From a virus (Duplodnaviria; Caudoviricetes): a stretch of DNA of 52,050 bases. Under the pieces are notes generated by a model. The model saw nothing but the letters and a program-made list of their open reading frames with translations. It was not told where the DNA came from and searched no databases. This document shows, one piece after another, positions 27,679-37,255 of this stretch. The stretch covers positions 1-52,050 of IMG/VR virus record IMGVR_UViG_3300031749_000006. One strand, given 5' to 3'. The position numbers and the translations under genes were made by a program. How positions within the stretch are numbered: position 1 is the first letter of the stretch; the number at the start of each line of letters is the position of its first letter.

Positions 27679-28253
27679 CGCGCGGAACCTTCCTCCGGCT
27701 TCACGCCGAAGATCCCCGCGCGGATGGCGTCCAGCGTCTCGGCCGTCATTCCGCCCGTCTTCTTCGCCACTTCTTCGACCGCCTTCGCCGCGGCCGCGCG
27801 GGCGCGCTCTTCCGCCCGCTTCTCGATCGCCGCGATGGCATCGACGTTGCTTTTCTGCGCGCGCCCCAGATGGTCGAGCGCCTTGGCGAGGAACATGAAG
27901 CCTTCCGGGTTGCCCTTCAGCGCATCCTGGCCGCGCGCATCCCCTTCGGTGCCCATGAACAGATCCAGGAGCGCCGAATGCAGCAGCTCGATATTGAGGC
28001 GGGCCGTCCGGCTTTCCGGCGCGTCGCCCAGCTGGCGCACAAGCGCCTCCGCGACCGAGCGGGACCGGCGCACCTTTTCACCGAGCTCGTCGAGCCCCTG
28101 GATATGGCGCCCAAGCGCCGACCGGCTCACCTGCGTCTGCATGTCCGCCAGATGCGCGAGGATCTCGTCGATCGTGTGCCCCTGCTCCCGCAGCTGCCCG
28201 ATCATCTCGCGGACCTCGGCGGGCAGCCGGGAAATTGATGATGGCCTCGGCAT
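27675..28253 (-). CDS. Terminase small subunit (Mu gp27, DUF3486)
   Basis: MPRPSSI.RLP.EVR, VSRSALGRH. Confidence 0.85.
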   Translation of the reverse strand: MPRPSSISRLPAEVREMIGQLREQGHTIDEILAHLADMQTQVSRSALGRHIQGLDELGEKVRRSRSVAEALVRQLGDAPESRTARLNIELLHSALLDLFMGTEGDARGQDALKGNPEGFMFLAKALDHLGRAQKSNVDAIAAIEKRAEERARAAAAKAVEEVAKKTGGMTAETLDAIRAGIFGVKPEEGSAR

Positions 28254-28256
28254 GGC

Positions 28257-28577
28257 TCAGCCCGGCGGCCGGCGCGCGACGCCCGGGCAGCTTTCTCCGC
28301 CGACCACGTCCGCGCCCCTTTCCGTGAGGGTGCCGAGCCAGACAGTGGGCGCGTCCGGTGCACCATCGCCGCCCAGCTTCTCGATGCGGACCAGCCCTTT
28401 GTCCCGCAACCATTCCAGGTCGTGCCGGATCGTCGCGCGGCCGGCGGTATGCCCGAACCCCGCCAGCACCGATTTGAGCGTGAGGTCGTTCAGCTGGTAG
28501 CCGGTGGCTTCATTCAGCGCTTCCAGGATGAACCGCCGGCGGTCCTGCGCCAGGCGCTCCTCGAACGTGATGCTCAT
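28257..28577 (-). CDS. Mu gp26-like protein
   Basis: DRR..IL..L....Y..N, L.WL...GL, LTERG.DV..G...PGV.R..P. Confidence 0.8.
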   Translation of the reverse strand: MSITFEERLAQDRRRFILEALNEATGYQLNDLTLKSVLAGFGHTAGRATIRHDLEWLRDKGLVRIEKLGGDGAPDAPTVWLGTLTERGADVVGGESCPGVARRPPG

Positions 28578-28942
28578 TCGTCACTCCCTCGCGCCTGCGC
28601 CAGCAGGTGTGTCTGGATCAGGTTCACGCTGTTGCTGATGCCCTGCATCATTTTCCCAAGCCCCTCGATCGACGCCTGGATGCCGGCCACGCTGCGCTCC
28701 AGCTGGACACGATGATCGTCGGCGTCGTTCTGTCGCGTCTCCAGCCGCTTGAAATCCTCCTTGGTGGGAAGCTGCCCAAATGCCCGCTCAAGATTTGCCA
28801 CCCGGTCCACGATCTTCTCACTCTTCAGAGATTCCGCGGCGGCCTTCTGGAACCGATATGAGAGCAGCGCGACGAGGGCGGTGAAAAAGAGCGCGCCGAC
28901 AGAGAGAAAGTCGGCGGCCACGCGCCAGTTCGGATCCATCAT
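28574..28942 (-). CDS. Mu gp25-like (DUF2730) membrane/coiled-coil protein
   Basis: N-terminal TM, LE.....LPT..D. Confidence 0.7.
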   Translation of the reverse strand: MMDPNWRVAADFLSVGALFFTALVALLSYRFQKAAAESLKSEKIVDRVANLERAFGQLPTKEDFKRLETRQNDADDHRVQLERSVAGIQASIEGLGKMMQGISNSVNLIQTHLLAQARGSDE

Positions 28943-29197
28943 TCAAGGCTTCCCGTCCGAAAAATTCCTGATCGCCGCGACCGTTTCGCTGCAATCCATC
29001 CAGGCCGCATGCAGCCTGATCACGTAGTCAGCCACCTGGCTTTGCAGCTTCGCATCCGGCACGGACGGCGCGCCCGCGCAGGAAAGGAGCGCCACGGGCA
29101 CGCGCTCGCGCACCACGACGGTGCGCGTGAGCGTCACCGGCGTGGGCGTCGCGCATCCAGCGAGAAAGACGGCAGCGGCGAGAGCGAGCCCCTTCAT
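28943..29197 (-). CDS. o-spanin (Rz1-like lipoprotein)
   Basis: Lipobox LAGC; VP..LL.C...P. Confidence 0.75.
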   Translation of the reverse strand: MKGLALAAAVFLAGCATPTPVTLTRTVVVRERVPVALLSCAGAPSVPDAKLQSQVADYVIRLHAAWMDCSETVAAIRNFSDGKP

Positions 29198-29577
29198 TTG
29201 CCCCCCGCGATCGCGCGCAGCGCATTCGCCAGAACGGGCGCCACCGGCCCGTCGTTTCCGGGGAGGGTTGCATCGCGCTTGACCTGGGCTTCCGCGGCGG
29301 CCAACGACGCGCCGCCGGTCGATCGCTCCGCCGCGAGCGCCCCCTCGGCCGCATCCGCGCGCCTGTTTGCCGCCGCCAGCGCGGCCGCGGCCTCGGCATT
29401 CGCCTGGGCGACGGCGCTGGCGTTTGCCGCCTGCTGCCGGGCGACGGCCGCGCGCGCCTGCTCGATCGTCCCGAGGTCCAGCCGGTGCGCCACCCACGCA
29501 CCAGCCGCGAGGCCAATCGCGAGCGCCGCCGCGTAGGGGCCAAACCGCTTAAGAAGACTGATCAGGATTGCCGGCAT
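29194..29577 (-). CDS. i-spanin (Rz-like)
   Basis: N-terminal TM, Ala-rich coiled coil, upstream of the lipoprotein. Confidence 0.7.
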   Translation of the reverse strand: MPAILISLLKRFGPYAAALAIGLAAGAWVAHRLDLGTIEQARAAVARQQAANASAVAQANAEAAAALAAANRRADAAEGALAAERSTGGASLAAAEAQVKRDATLPGNDGPVAPVLANALRAIAGGK

Positions 29578-29800
29578 TGCGGCTCCTTTCCAGCAGGGAG
29601 CGCAGACCGAGGCCGCCCGGGGCGCCGACAACGAACAGGGCGGCCGCGTCCCCGAAATCGCCAGGATGGAAGGGCTGCCGCATGACGACGACGGTCCATA
29701 CCTCCAGCCCGACGAACGCCAGGCCGATGACGATCGCGAGAAGGGCCTGCTCGTCGAGCTTACCCTTCCCGTCCTCGATCAGTTCGGCCCAGCGCGCCAT
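29549..29800 (-). CDS. Putative holin
   Basis: 83 aa with two hydrophobic segments, in the lysis cluster. Confidence 0.5.
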   Translation of the reverse strand: MARWAELIEDGKGKLDEQALLAIVIGLAFVGLEVWTVVVMRQPFHPGDFGDAAALFVVGAPGGLGLRSLLERSRNAGNPDQSS

Positions 29801-29810
29801 CCGCCGCGCC

Positions 29811-30023
29811 TCAGAGATGCGACTTCAGGAAGGCGACGAGCGCCTGCTCATCATCAGCGATGTCACCCTCGATGCGGGCGAGAACGGTCTCGATCCGCTG
29901 CACGAGCGACTGTTTCGCGACCGTCGAAACGGCCACCGGCACGACCGCCCGGATCTTCGCGGGCGGCACGGGCGGATCGGGCAAGTTCGTGCCGGTCGAG
30001 CCGGCCACGGTGGAAGCACTCAT
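29811..30023 (-). CDS. Hypothetical protein (70 aa)
   Basis: GAGGAG RBS and ATG at 30023. Confidence 0.55.
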   Translation of the reverse strand: MSASTVAGSTGTNLPDPPVPPAKIRAVVPVAVSTVAKQSLVQRIETVLARIEGDIADDEQALVAFLKSHL

Positions 30024-30033
30024 CGGTCTCTCC

Positions 30034-30618
30034 TCAGAGAATGAAAACGAAGCCCAAGGCAGCGCCGACAAGCATGCCGACGCCCACTTCGCCCCAGGAC
30101 TGGCCGTCGGCGAAATTCGGAATGGGGGGAAGCCCCAGCCGCGCGATGGCGTAGGGAACAGGAAAGGCCGCGCCGGCGAGCAGCTGCGCGGCCACGGATA
30201 CGGCCGACCAGCCGGACGCATACCCGCAGACGATCGCCAGAGGCGCCATGCAAACGAGCCCCGCCACGCACAGACCAACCGTGTCGTAGGCCATGGTTCC
30301 CTCGACCAGGCCGAGCGCGCGCGGAAACCAGCGCAGCCAGCTGCGCTCTGGCGTCAGCGGGACCGGCGGCGAAAGACCGTCGCCCTGGAACGGTCCCCAC
30401 CCGGTAGCCGCCAACCCCACCCACAGCGCAACGAACGCCAGGAGGGAGGCAATCAAACCAGCCCCGGCGGCCGCCAGAAGGCAGATCGCACCGGAGCACA
30501 GCGCTCGCGTGGCCTGTGTGCCCACGTCGACGCCCAGAAGGGTGCGCAGCGCGCCCCCGCGCAGGCGCCAGACAAAGCCGCACCAAGCGCAGAAGGCGAT
30601 GAAGCCCGCGATCGTCAT
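30034..30618 (-). CDS. Multi-pass membrane protein (194 aa)
   Basis: GGAGG RBS; several hydrophobic helices; R.RGG motif. Confidence 0.65.
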   Translation of the reverse strand: MTIAGFIAFCAWCGFVWRLRGGALRTLLGVDVGTQATRALCSGAICLLAAAGAGLIASLLAFVALWVGLAATGWGPFQGDGLSPPVPLTPERSWLRWFPRALGLVEGTMAYDTVGLCVAGLVCMAPLAIVCGYASGWSAVSVAAQLLAGAAFPVPYAIARLGLPPIPNFADGQSWGEVGVGMLVGAALGFVFIL

Positions 30619-30702
30619 GCGAGCGCCCTCCGGCCGGACAGACTTGCGCCTGACCGGCCTTCGGCTACCGTTGCGATTTCCACACCAACAACGGGAGTTC
30701 CT

Positions 30703-30966
30703 ATGACCGAAGAAACACCCTCTCCGGACATGCGCGCGCTCGACCTGCGCGTTTTAGCCGGCCACATATACGCGTGCTCCCTTGTCCTCCGCCTAACGCT
30801 TGAAGCACTCGAGACAAAGGGGATCATGAACCTGCCCTCCCTTCGAGAGAACCTGGATCACGCGCACCTCTTGCTGTCCGAAATGTATCCGCTGACCGGC
30901 GACAACGCAGAGATTCTAAAAGCAACCGAGGATCAATTCGCAAAGATATTGGGGCGAGTTCGCTGA
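30703..30966 (+). CDS. Hypothetical protein (87 aa), opposite-strand moron
   Basis: GGGAG RBS and ATG at 30703; protein-like helical sequence; lower GC. Confidence 0.6.
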   Translation: MTEETPSPDMRALDLRVLAGHIYACSLVLRLTLEALETKGIMNLPSLRENLDHAHLLLSEMYPLTGDNAEILKATEDQFAKILGRVR

Positions 30967-31050
30967 CCGCGAGCACAACTCGTTCCAAAGAGGCAGCGCC
31001 TCCGGCGCGCTCATGAAATCTCGGAAACCGCTTGATCGGAACGACGCGGG

Positions 31051-31242
31051 TCATCGCGTCGTCTCCGCCGCAAGCCGCTCGAGATGAGCCGCGATGGAGG
31101 CCAGATGCCGTTCGGCGCTTTGCAGGGCGGCTGAGAGAGTGAAGAGCTCCGCGACGACAACGCGCACCGCAGCCGCCTCCGCAGCCTTCCCGATCTGCGC
31201 AGATTCGATGACGAGCTTGACCTTTTGCTCGATTGTCATCAT
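31051..31242 (-). CDS. Hypothetical protein (63 aa)
   Basis: ATGA overlap with the endolysin stop. Confidence 0.55.
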   Translation of the reverse strand: MMTIEQKVKLVIESAQIGKAAEAAAVRVVVAELFTLSAALQSAERHLASIAAHLERLAAETTR

Positions 31243-31787
31243 GCGGCCAGCCCCCGTGCGATCTGCATCCCCTCGAAGGGCAAGCGCGCGCAGCGGCGGC
31301 TCCAGCCGTCGCCGTCGTGTTCCCATGCGCTGAAACTCGGCATCTCCCGGATGCGCTCTGCCAGGGCGTTGGCGGCCAAGGCATTCGCGTCGGCGGCGAG
31401 CGCACGCTCGGCACACCCGCGCGTGATCGGACCGGGCACGCCGTCCGCCTTCACCAGGAGCGCACGCTGCAGCCAGCGCACCGCGCCCTCGACGCCGTGG
31501 TTCACGGCCGCGTCGAACATGATCAGCGAGAATGGGGCGTTCTGGAGCGGGACACCGAGCTTGTCCCAGTAATCGGCGATGTAGATCTGGCGCGCCTGGT
31601 CGAGAGTGAGATTCGGAATGTCGAGATCCGGATAAGCCGAGGCCGAAATCCCGAAATTGGTGCCCTTCAGAAGGCCCGCGCCGATCTCGCCGCCAGTCCA
31701 GTTGCCGGGATCCTGAGGGTCATCCGTGAAGCCACCCTCGGTGCCGACGACGATTGCAAAGCATCTGTTGAAGAGGTCCTGCGCCAT
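31239..31787 (-). CDS. Endolysin, glycoside hydrolase family 108
   Basis: EGGF..DP.DPG, T.FGIS, FDAAVNHG, LQRAL.V..DG..GP.T. Confidence 0.9.
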   Translation of the reverse strand: MAQDLFNRCFAIVVGTEGGFTDDPQDPGNWTGGEIGAGLLKGTNFGISASAYPDLDIPNLTLDQARQIYIADYWDKLGVPLQNAPFSLIMFDAAVNHGVEGAVRWLQRALLVKADGVPGPITRGCAERALAADANALAANALAERIREMPSFSAWEHDGDGWSRRCARLPFEGMQIARGLAA

Positions 31788-31822
31788 GTCCGGACGGTAG
31801 GGGGAGCGCAGCGGAGTGGCAG

Positions 31823-31838
31823 CCTAACCGTGGTTAGG
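31823..31838 (-). promoter_or_regulatory. Late promoter activator site upstream of the endolysin
   Basis: Perfect CCTAAC-CGTG-GTTAGG; TACCGT 23 nt downstream. Confidence 0.7.
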
Positions 31839-31855
31839 ACGGCATCTGAGAGAGG

Positions 31856-32248
31856 TCAGAAAGGGAGATTGAGCTGCTCGGCCGACTGCCCCTCGCGGAG
31901 CCATTTGTAGACCGTGTTCTCGGTGACGCCGAGTTTGCGAGCGATTGCGCGGCGCGTCAGCCCTCGCGCAGTATAGAGCTTGAATCGCCAGTGCCTGGCA
32001 AGAGGGACGGCGAGGCGGTCGCCTCCGAAATATGCGATCAGCCGCGCCATGCCCGTATCGCCCAGCGCCTCGAGGAGGGCGTGAGACGGCGCCGGAGGGT
32101 CTTTCGGCACCCGGATCAGAGTGCCGCCAAACCCTTCGACCAGGGCGAGCGTCGTCTCGACGCCAAGCAGCTCCACGAAATCCTTCAGCTCCCCTTGCGG
32201 AACTGAAGGATCGCGCTCGGGCGCGCGCATGCGATCGCCGTCCATCAT
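31856..32248 (-). CDS. Mor/C-family late transcription activator
   Basis: L...FGG..I.VP repeats and C-terminal HTH; position before the lysis genes. Confidence 0.8.
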   Translation of the reverse strand: MMDGDRMRAPERDPSVPQGELKDFVELLGVETTLALVEGFGGTLIRVPKDPPAPSHALLEALGDTGMARLIAYFGGDRLAVPLARHWRFKLYTARGLTRRAIARKLGVTENTVYKWLREGQSAEQLNLPF

Positions 32249-32718
32249 TCCGCAACCGCCGGCGACTTAGCCGCTGCTTTTGCCCGTTTCAGCCATGCCT
32301 TCAGCCCCTCGATCACGAGGTTCGCGTCCTCTGGATTGAGGAAGGCCGGATCGGCCACACCATCAGGATGCGCCGCGCTGCGCGTCTGGCGGCGAACGAA
32401 TGCGCGGAGCGCCGAATCGGACCCGTTCTCGAGATACGGCTTGAGCGCGTGCCAGAGAGCGAAGACCTTGCGCACATGCGGCTTCTGCGAAGCGGGACGC
32501 CACCGGCGAGGAGCGCCGTCATGAAATCCGAGCCTTTTGAACTCTTGCAGGACCGCATCGAGCTGGATGATATCCAATGCAGCCGATGTGTCATGCCCCG
32601 TTATGCGCCGCAGCAGCGCACGGTAGCTGTCCTCCTCCATCGCGAGCTTCTTGCGGGCGATGTGGATCTTCGCGAGCCGGGCACGTCTCTGGTCAGCCGG
32701 GCGCGGGTCGGCCGTCAT
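32245..32718 (-). CDS. GemA/gp16-family protein (DUF1018)
   Basis: LAKIHIARKKL.M.EDSYRALL, K..ALW, LVIEGLKAW. Confidence 0.88.
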   Translation of the reverse strand: MTADPRPADQRRARLAKIHIARKKLAMEEDSYRALLRRITGHDTSAALDIIQLDAVLQEFKRLGFHDGAPRRWRPASQKPHVRKVFALWHALKPYLENGSDSALRAFVRRQTRSAAHPDGVADPAFLNPEDANLVIEGLKAWLKRAKAAAKSPAVAE

Positions 32719-33224
32719 GACACGCCCGTGCCGCGCATCTGACGGTGGCCCTTGGCCAGGATCTGCTCGGGCGTCGGACCGCCCATGGAAAAGGGCCCGC
32801 GCTTGGGAGCGGAGGCTTGGGCCGGCGCGCGCGCCCAGGAGGGGAGCGACACGATGACGAGGTCCGACCCAGCGGTGACGGACGCCGGCGTCGGCTCCTG
32901 CGGCTTTTCCGGGAGACCAGCGAACGGCGGCAACGCCAGAACGATCGGGCGCCTGGATGGCTTGCCCGAATGCGGGGCGAGCTGGAAGCAGAAATCGCCC
33001 TGCTCGACGATCTTGACCATACCCGCGTGCTCGTCGAGCCCGACCTCGACGCCGACCTGTTTCCCGTAAGCCAGCCAGTCCGGGGCGCCCTGGATCAGCC
33101 ATGGGCGCAGCGTGAGGCGAAGACGCGGGCGGCCGCGCTTCGGAACCGTGAACGCAACAGTGACGGGCGCCTCTGCGACAAGGTGCGGCGACAGGCGCGG
33201 CGACTTCAGAACGAAGAAGCTCAT
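32715..33224 (-). CDS. Hypothetical protein (169 aa)
   Basis: ATGA-coupled on both sides. Confidence 0.65.
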   Translation of the reverse strand: MSFFVLKSPRLSPHLVAEAPVTVAFTVPKRGRPRLRLTLRPWLIQGAPDWLAYGKQVGVEVGLDEHAGMVKIVEQGDFCFQLAPHSGKPSRRPIVLALPPFAGLPEKPQEPTPASVTAGSDLVIVSLPSWARAPAQASAPKRGPFSMGGPTPEQILAKGHRQMRGTGVS

Positions 33225-33757
33225 GACCGCACATCTTCCAGCTCGGTCGAGAACGGCTCGATCACGAACTCCTCGACCTGGGAGATGCTGATGCCAGCGA
33301 TCTTCTTCACCGCCTCCGGCTCGGCGAGGATGGCATCCTTCGAGATCTCGACCTTCTCGCGGAGGAGCCGGTCCAGACCAGCCTTCCGCAGCGCGTGGAT
33401 GACCGCCTCCACACCCTTGATCGCGACCTTCGGTGGGGTGACGCGCCAGCGCACCTCACCGGAGGCGAACGAGGCCGTCTTCGTCTTGCCGCCTTGCGTC
33501 AGGGCGTCCCGGTTCGCTTCGCACCAGGTCTGAACGCCCGCCTGCAGATCCTCGATCGCGCGCCCATGCGGCTCGGCTTCGGTCTCGAAGCGCTCGCGGA
33601 TCCTGGCGAGCTCATCGTTCATCTCCGCCTGGATGCGATCGCGCTCACGCTGCAGCCTGCCGATCTCGGCGATGGCCGCGACGACTTCCATGCGGCTCTG
33701 CGGCACGCGGGCCGAGGCCGCGGTGGACTTGATTCGGGGGGTTGAGGAGCGTCCCAT
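33221..33757 (-). CDS. gam: Host-nuclease inhibitor Gam (Mu-type)
   Basis: WCEANRD.LT..GK.KT..F..GEV.WR..PP.V. Confidence 0.9.
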   Translation of the reverse strand: MGRSSTPRIKSTAASARVPQSRMEVVAAIAEIGRLQRERDRIQAEMNDELARIRERFETEAEPHGRAIEDLQAGVQTWCEANRDALTQGGKTKTASFASGEVRWRVTPPKVAIKGVEAVIHALRKAGLDRLLREKVEISKDAILAEPEAVKKIAGISISQVEEFVIEPFSTELEDVRS

Positions 33758-33930
33758 CGGGAATGCCTTTCAAGGAGTGAGGGGGTTCGGGCTGCCGTTG
33801 CGCGCGAGCGGCAAGCCAGTCCTGGAATTCGATCTCCGCCGCACGCGCACAGCGCAGGCAGACGTCCGGCCAGTCCATGCAGGTGCCCCGGCAATCCGGG
33901 CAGTGCGCAGGATCGGGCCGGACGCGCATC

Positions 33931-34281
33931 TCATGTGACCTTCCCGAGAACAGGGAGACGCACGACGACACGATCGAGCGTGAACAGCCGCTCGATGTCC
34001 TCGTCCGTGAGCATGTCCAGGTCGATCGTCATGAGCTCGTCTGCGTCACCGCCGTCACGCAGCCACATGAGGAGGGCGCGGATCGCGCCGAGGCGCCGTC
34101 TCTGCGGGGAGGGATCGCGCCATGCGGCGTCGAGAGCGACGACAGCCGCGCTCATGATCCCCTCGGACGAGGCTTGCCCCGCCGCATATCGTCCGCATGC
34201 CGATTGAAAGCCAGGGTCGCGTGTCGCCCTCTGGATCAGCTCGTAGAGGGGAGCGCCGATGGGAAGAGAATGAACCGTCAT
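33931..34281 (-). CDS. Hypothetical protein (116 aa)
   Basis: ATGA overlap with the B gene. Confidence 0.6.
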   Translation of the reverse strand: MTVHSLPIGAPLYELIQRATRDPGFQSACGRYAAGQASSEGIMSAAVVALDAAWRDPSPQRRRLGAIRALLMWLRDGGDADELMTIDLDMLTDEDIERLFTLDRVVVRLPVLGKVT

Positions 34282-35231
34282 GCCGCCATCTCCCCGACGC
34301 CGGCGAGGCGCTGGAACGCGCGCTCGATCGCCTCCTCCGTCAGGTCCTCCGGATGGTCGGCGCTGATCATGCGTGCCAGGCGAAGCGTCTTGATCATTCC
34401 GCGCAGCGCGCCGGGCTTTGTGGCGATCGCCTTCAGCATGCGGCGGGGCGCGTCGCCCTCGATTCCGGCGGCGTCCAGAATGGCATTGATGTCGCCGGCG
34501 GTCGGGCGACCCTTCGTCAAGCGCATCCCGACGCGAGAAAACAGCTGCGCGAAATCGTTCTTGCGGCCGCCTCCATCCATGCGCGTCCAGAGGCCCTGGT
34601 TGCCCATGATAACGAGGCCGATTCCGGCGCGATCGTGCAGCGACCGGAGCTGCTCCAGGCCGTCCGTCCTCATGTGCTGCGCCTCATCGACGATGAGCAG
34701 GCCCATCGTGTCCACCAGGCGCTGGCTGATCGCACGAGACAGCTTCTCGCTGCGCGTCTCCTGCACTCCCAGCACCTCACCGATGTAGTGCAGGATCGCA
34801 TGGCCGCCGCGCAGCGAAGGGTCGGCCGTGAAGAGCCATACATTCGGACGGATGCTGGCGTAATGCTTTGCGCTGATCGTCTTGCCGATACCGGCGTTCC
34901 CCACCACCACGCCGATGTCGCCGGTCGCCTGGGCATACTCGAACACGTCGATGATGGCCTGGGAGGTCGGCGTGCGCGTCCAGGCAATCGGCGCCGGCAC
35001 GCTGCTGGCGCTGCTCGCCATCGCCTCCTGCGCATCAAGCCACACGCGCACCTTGTCGGACACCTGCCCGACGCGGCCTTCGTATGTGCCGTTCATCCAG
35101 GCGGAGAGTGTGCTGCTGCCAATGCCGGCGCGGCGCGCGATTGCCGCGAGCGAAACCGAATGCTTGGCGAGGTAGTCTTTTACCCGCTCGCGGAGCGTTT
35201 CGATTTCCTTGTGGGCCTGTTCTTCGTCCAT
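34278..35231 (-). CDS. MuB-like AAA+ transposition ATPase
   Basis: N-terminal HTH, Walker A GNAGIGKT, Walker B LIVDEAQH, QLFSRVG. Confidence 0.93.
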   Translation of the reverse strand: MDEEQAHKEIETLRERVKDYLAKHSVSLAAIARRAGIGSSTLSAWMNGTYEGRVGQVSDKVRVWLDAQEAMASSASSVPAPIAWTRTPTSQAIIDVFEYAQATGDIGVVVGNAGIGKTISAKHYASIRPNVWLFTADPSLRGGHAILHYIGEVLGVQETRSEKLSRAISQRLVDTMGLLIVDEAQHMRTDGLEQLRSLHDRAGIGLVIMGNQGLWTRMDGGGRKNDFAQLFSRVGMRLTKGRPTAGDINAILDAAGIEGDAPRRMLKAIATKPGALRGMIKTLRLARMISADHPEDLTEEAIERAFQRLAGVGEMAA

Positions 35232-35260
35232 TGTGGTTTCCTGTTCTGGTTGGTGGGTGG

Positions 35261-37255
35261 TCAGTCGTCGGTCAGAGCGCCCTTGATCAGACGCAGCCCC
35301 TTCCGAATGTCGTTTTCAAAGCGGAGATCCTCGGCTTCACGCTCGGTCATGGCGTCGTCGTCGAGGGACAGGTCCAGCGCGAGCGCGCTCTTGCGAGCCG
35401 GGATGAACGGCCGCACCGCGGCCGGCGCGGGGAGAGCAGCAGGGGCCTCATCTTCGGGCTGCAGCTTGGCGAGGTCCGCGAGCGTGAGCCGCTGCTCGGC
35501 AGCGAGCTGCTCTTTCACGCCACGCCGGAACTGGCGCCGCGCCTGCGCATGCTCGCGTGCCTTTGTGGTATCGTCGAAGCCGGCGGCCTCGAGCAGGCGC
35601 GCTTCACCGATCGGCTGACCATCCAGAGCGGCCACCTGGAGCGTTCCGTGCAGGCGGTCAGGATCGAAGCGCACGACCACGCGCTTGCCGCGCCACTCCC
35701 AGAGCGCCTCGTCGAAATACCGGTTGCCGAAGAGATGGACGGTCCCATCCGGGCGCACCGTCACGCCCTCCGCCGCCAGCAGGCACAGACGCCTCTGCGC
35801 TTCGGTTGCGCGCCGGATCAGGCTCTGCGCGAAGCTCGCGTCGAATGCTTCATCGAAACTGAGGCGGCCGCCACACACGCGCGACCGCCGCCCAGGACGT
35901 GCGTTGTGCGCGCGGATCTCGCGGTCGATGATCCTGACGAACTCGTCGAAGGGGATGGCCCGGCTGCCGTAATTCTCCGGCTTGGCCATCGGGCTGTTGC
36001 CGGTATAGGCGCCCTCGAACGCGGGGTGCTTGGCGATGTCGCGCGCGAAGTCGCCGAAGCCGCGCTCGATCGGCTTGCTCTGGCCGGCATACGGCGTCGT
36101 CCAGTGAATCTCAACGCCGAGCTGCGTGATGATCCCGGCAGGATCATCGTCCTTGACCTTGAACCGGTAACGGTTCGGGGTGCGGCCGGTCAGCCACTTC
36201 GAAGCGAAGGCGCGGCCGTTGTCGAGATAGAGATGATCGGGAATACCGTAGCCCGCGATCATGTCGCCGAAGGCGAGCCGAACGGAGTCCTTGTTCTCGG
36301 ATTTGGCTGTGCGCCAGGCGAGGAACTTGCCCGAATAGAGATCCTGGAAGGCGATCGTCAGCGGCCGCCCGATGGTGCCGTCCTCGAATTTCACGAAGAC
36401 GTCCCACTTGTGGCCGTCCGTGTTCACCGCCTGCAGCGAATGGAAGTGGGAGCGGTCACGCTCCTGGGCAGGATACAGCCGCTTGAGCGCGTCTTCGCCC
36501 TTTCGCGCGAGAATCACCGTCGGGCGCGGCAGCTCGTCGACGCGGCGGCGCAGTGTCCGGGCGGCAGGCATCGTCCAGCCATGCTCCCGCGCGATCGCCT
36601 CAGTGCGCCGGTAACAGCTCTCGAAGCTGGGCTCCGCCAGACGCATGTAATCGGCGTAGAAGACGCCCCAGACATTCTCGTCGATCTCGATCTTCTGCCG
36701 CGCGCCACCGCGTTTCGCGGGGGTAAGAGCCGCCATCCAGTCGTCGCGTCGCACGCCGCGTGTGCGCTCGATCCAACCGTAGATCGTGGAGGCGCCAACA
36801 TCGAATTCCGCGGCGACAGCGCGCACGGCATCCGTTGTCGTCATCTCGCGCTCCAGCGCGCCGATCCGCTGCAACGCCGCGAGGCGCCGGTGACCTTCGT
36901 CCTTGTTCTTGTCCGCCTGCCGCTCGAACCACGCCCACAGCGCGGCGCGGCCATCGTCATCGATGCGCCGCGTCTTCGGCTGGGGATCTGCCGCTGCGGG
37001 CGCAGGCGCCTCGTCAGATGCCTGCGCCTGGCGCATCGCCAGGAGCGCGGCCTGCGCGCTCTCTGGCAGAAGGCTGATGTGGTATTCCGTGCCGCCTCCG
37101 CGGCCGCTACGGCGGCGCGCCTTGTCCGTGCGGTCCCAGCCTTCGCGCTGGATGTATTTCAACGAACCTTGGCGAGTTGCCGGCAAGTCCGGCAATCCCA
37201 GAGCAGCGATCTCCGTCGCGGAAAGCCATTCACGATGGAGATCGCGCTTTGTCAT
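35261..37255 (-). CDS. MuA-like DDE transposase (664 aa)
   Basis: Mu-type N-terminal HTH; NTDGH, LDNGRAF, KPIER catalytic motifs; VRFDP..L. Confidence 0.95.
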   Translation of the reverse strand: MTKRDLHREWLSATEIAALGLPDLPATRQGSLKYIQREGWDRTDKARRRSGRGGGTEYHISLLPESAQAALLAMRQAQASDEAPAPAAADPQPKTRRIDDDGRAALWAWFERQADKNKDEGHRRLAALQRIGALEREMTTTDAVRAVAAEFDVGASTIYGWIERTRGVRRDDWMAALTPAKRGGARQKIEIDENVWGVFYADYMRLAEPSFESCYRRTEAIAREHGWTMPAARTLRRRVDELPRPTVILARKGEDALKRLYPAQERDRSHFHSLQAVNTDGHKWDVFVKFEDGTIGRPLTIAFQDLYSGKFLAWRTAKSENKDSVRLAFGDMIAGYGIPDHLYLDNGRAFASKWLTGRTPNRYRFKVKDDDPAGIITQLGVEIHWTTPYAGQSKPIERGFGDFARDIAKHPAFEGAYTGNSPMAKPENYGSRAIPFDEFVRIIDREIRAHNARPGRRSRVCGGRLSFDEAFDASFAQSLIRRATEAQRRLCLLAAEGVTVRPDGTVHLFGNRYFDEALWEWRGKRVVVRFDPDRLHGTLQVAALDGQPIGEARLLEAAGFDDTTKAREHAQARRQFRRGVKEQLAAEQRLTLADLAKLQPEDEAPAALPAPAAVRPFIPARKSALALDLSLDDDAMTEREAEDLRFENDIRKGLRLIKGALTDD

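Noticed and set aside
33645-33971. Cys-rich ORF (CPDC...CLRC) between the B-distal gene and gam
   Set aside because: It overlaps gam by over 100 nt, and a competing 54-aa frame starts at 33934; I cannot tell which, if either, is real
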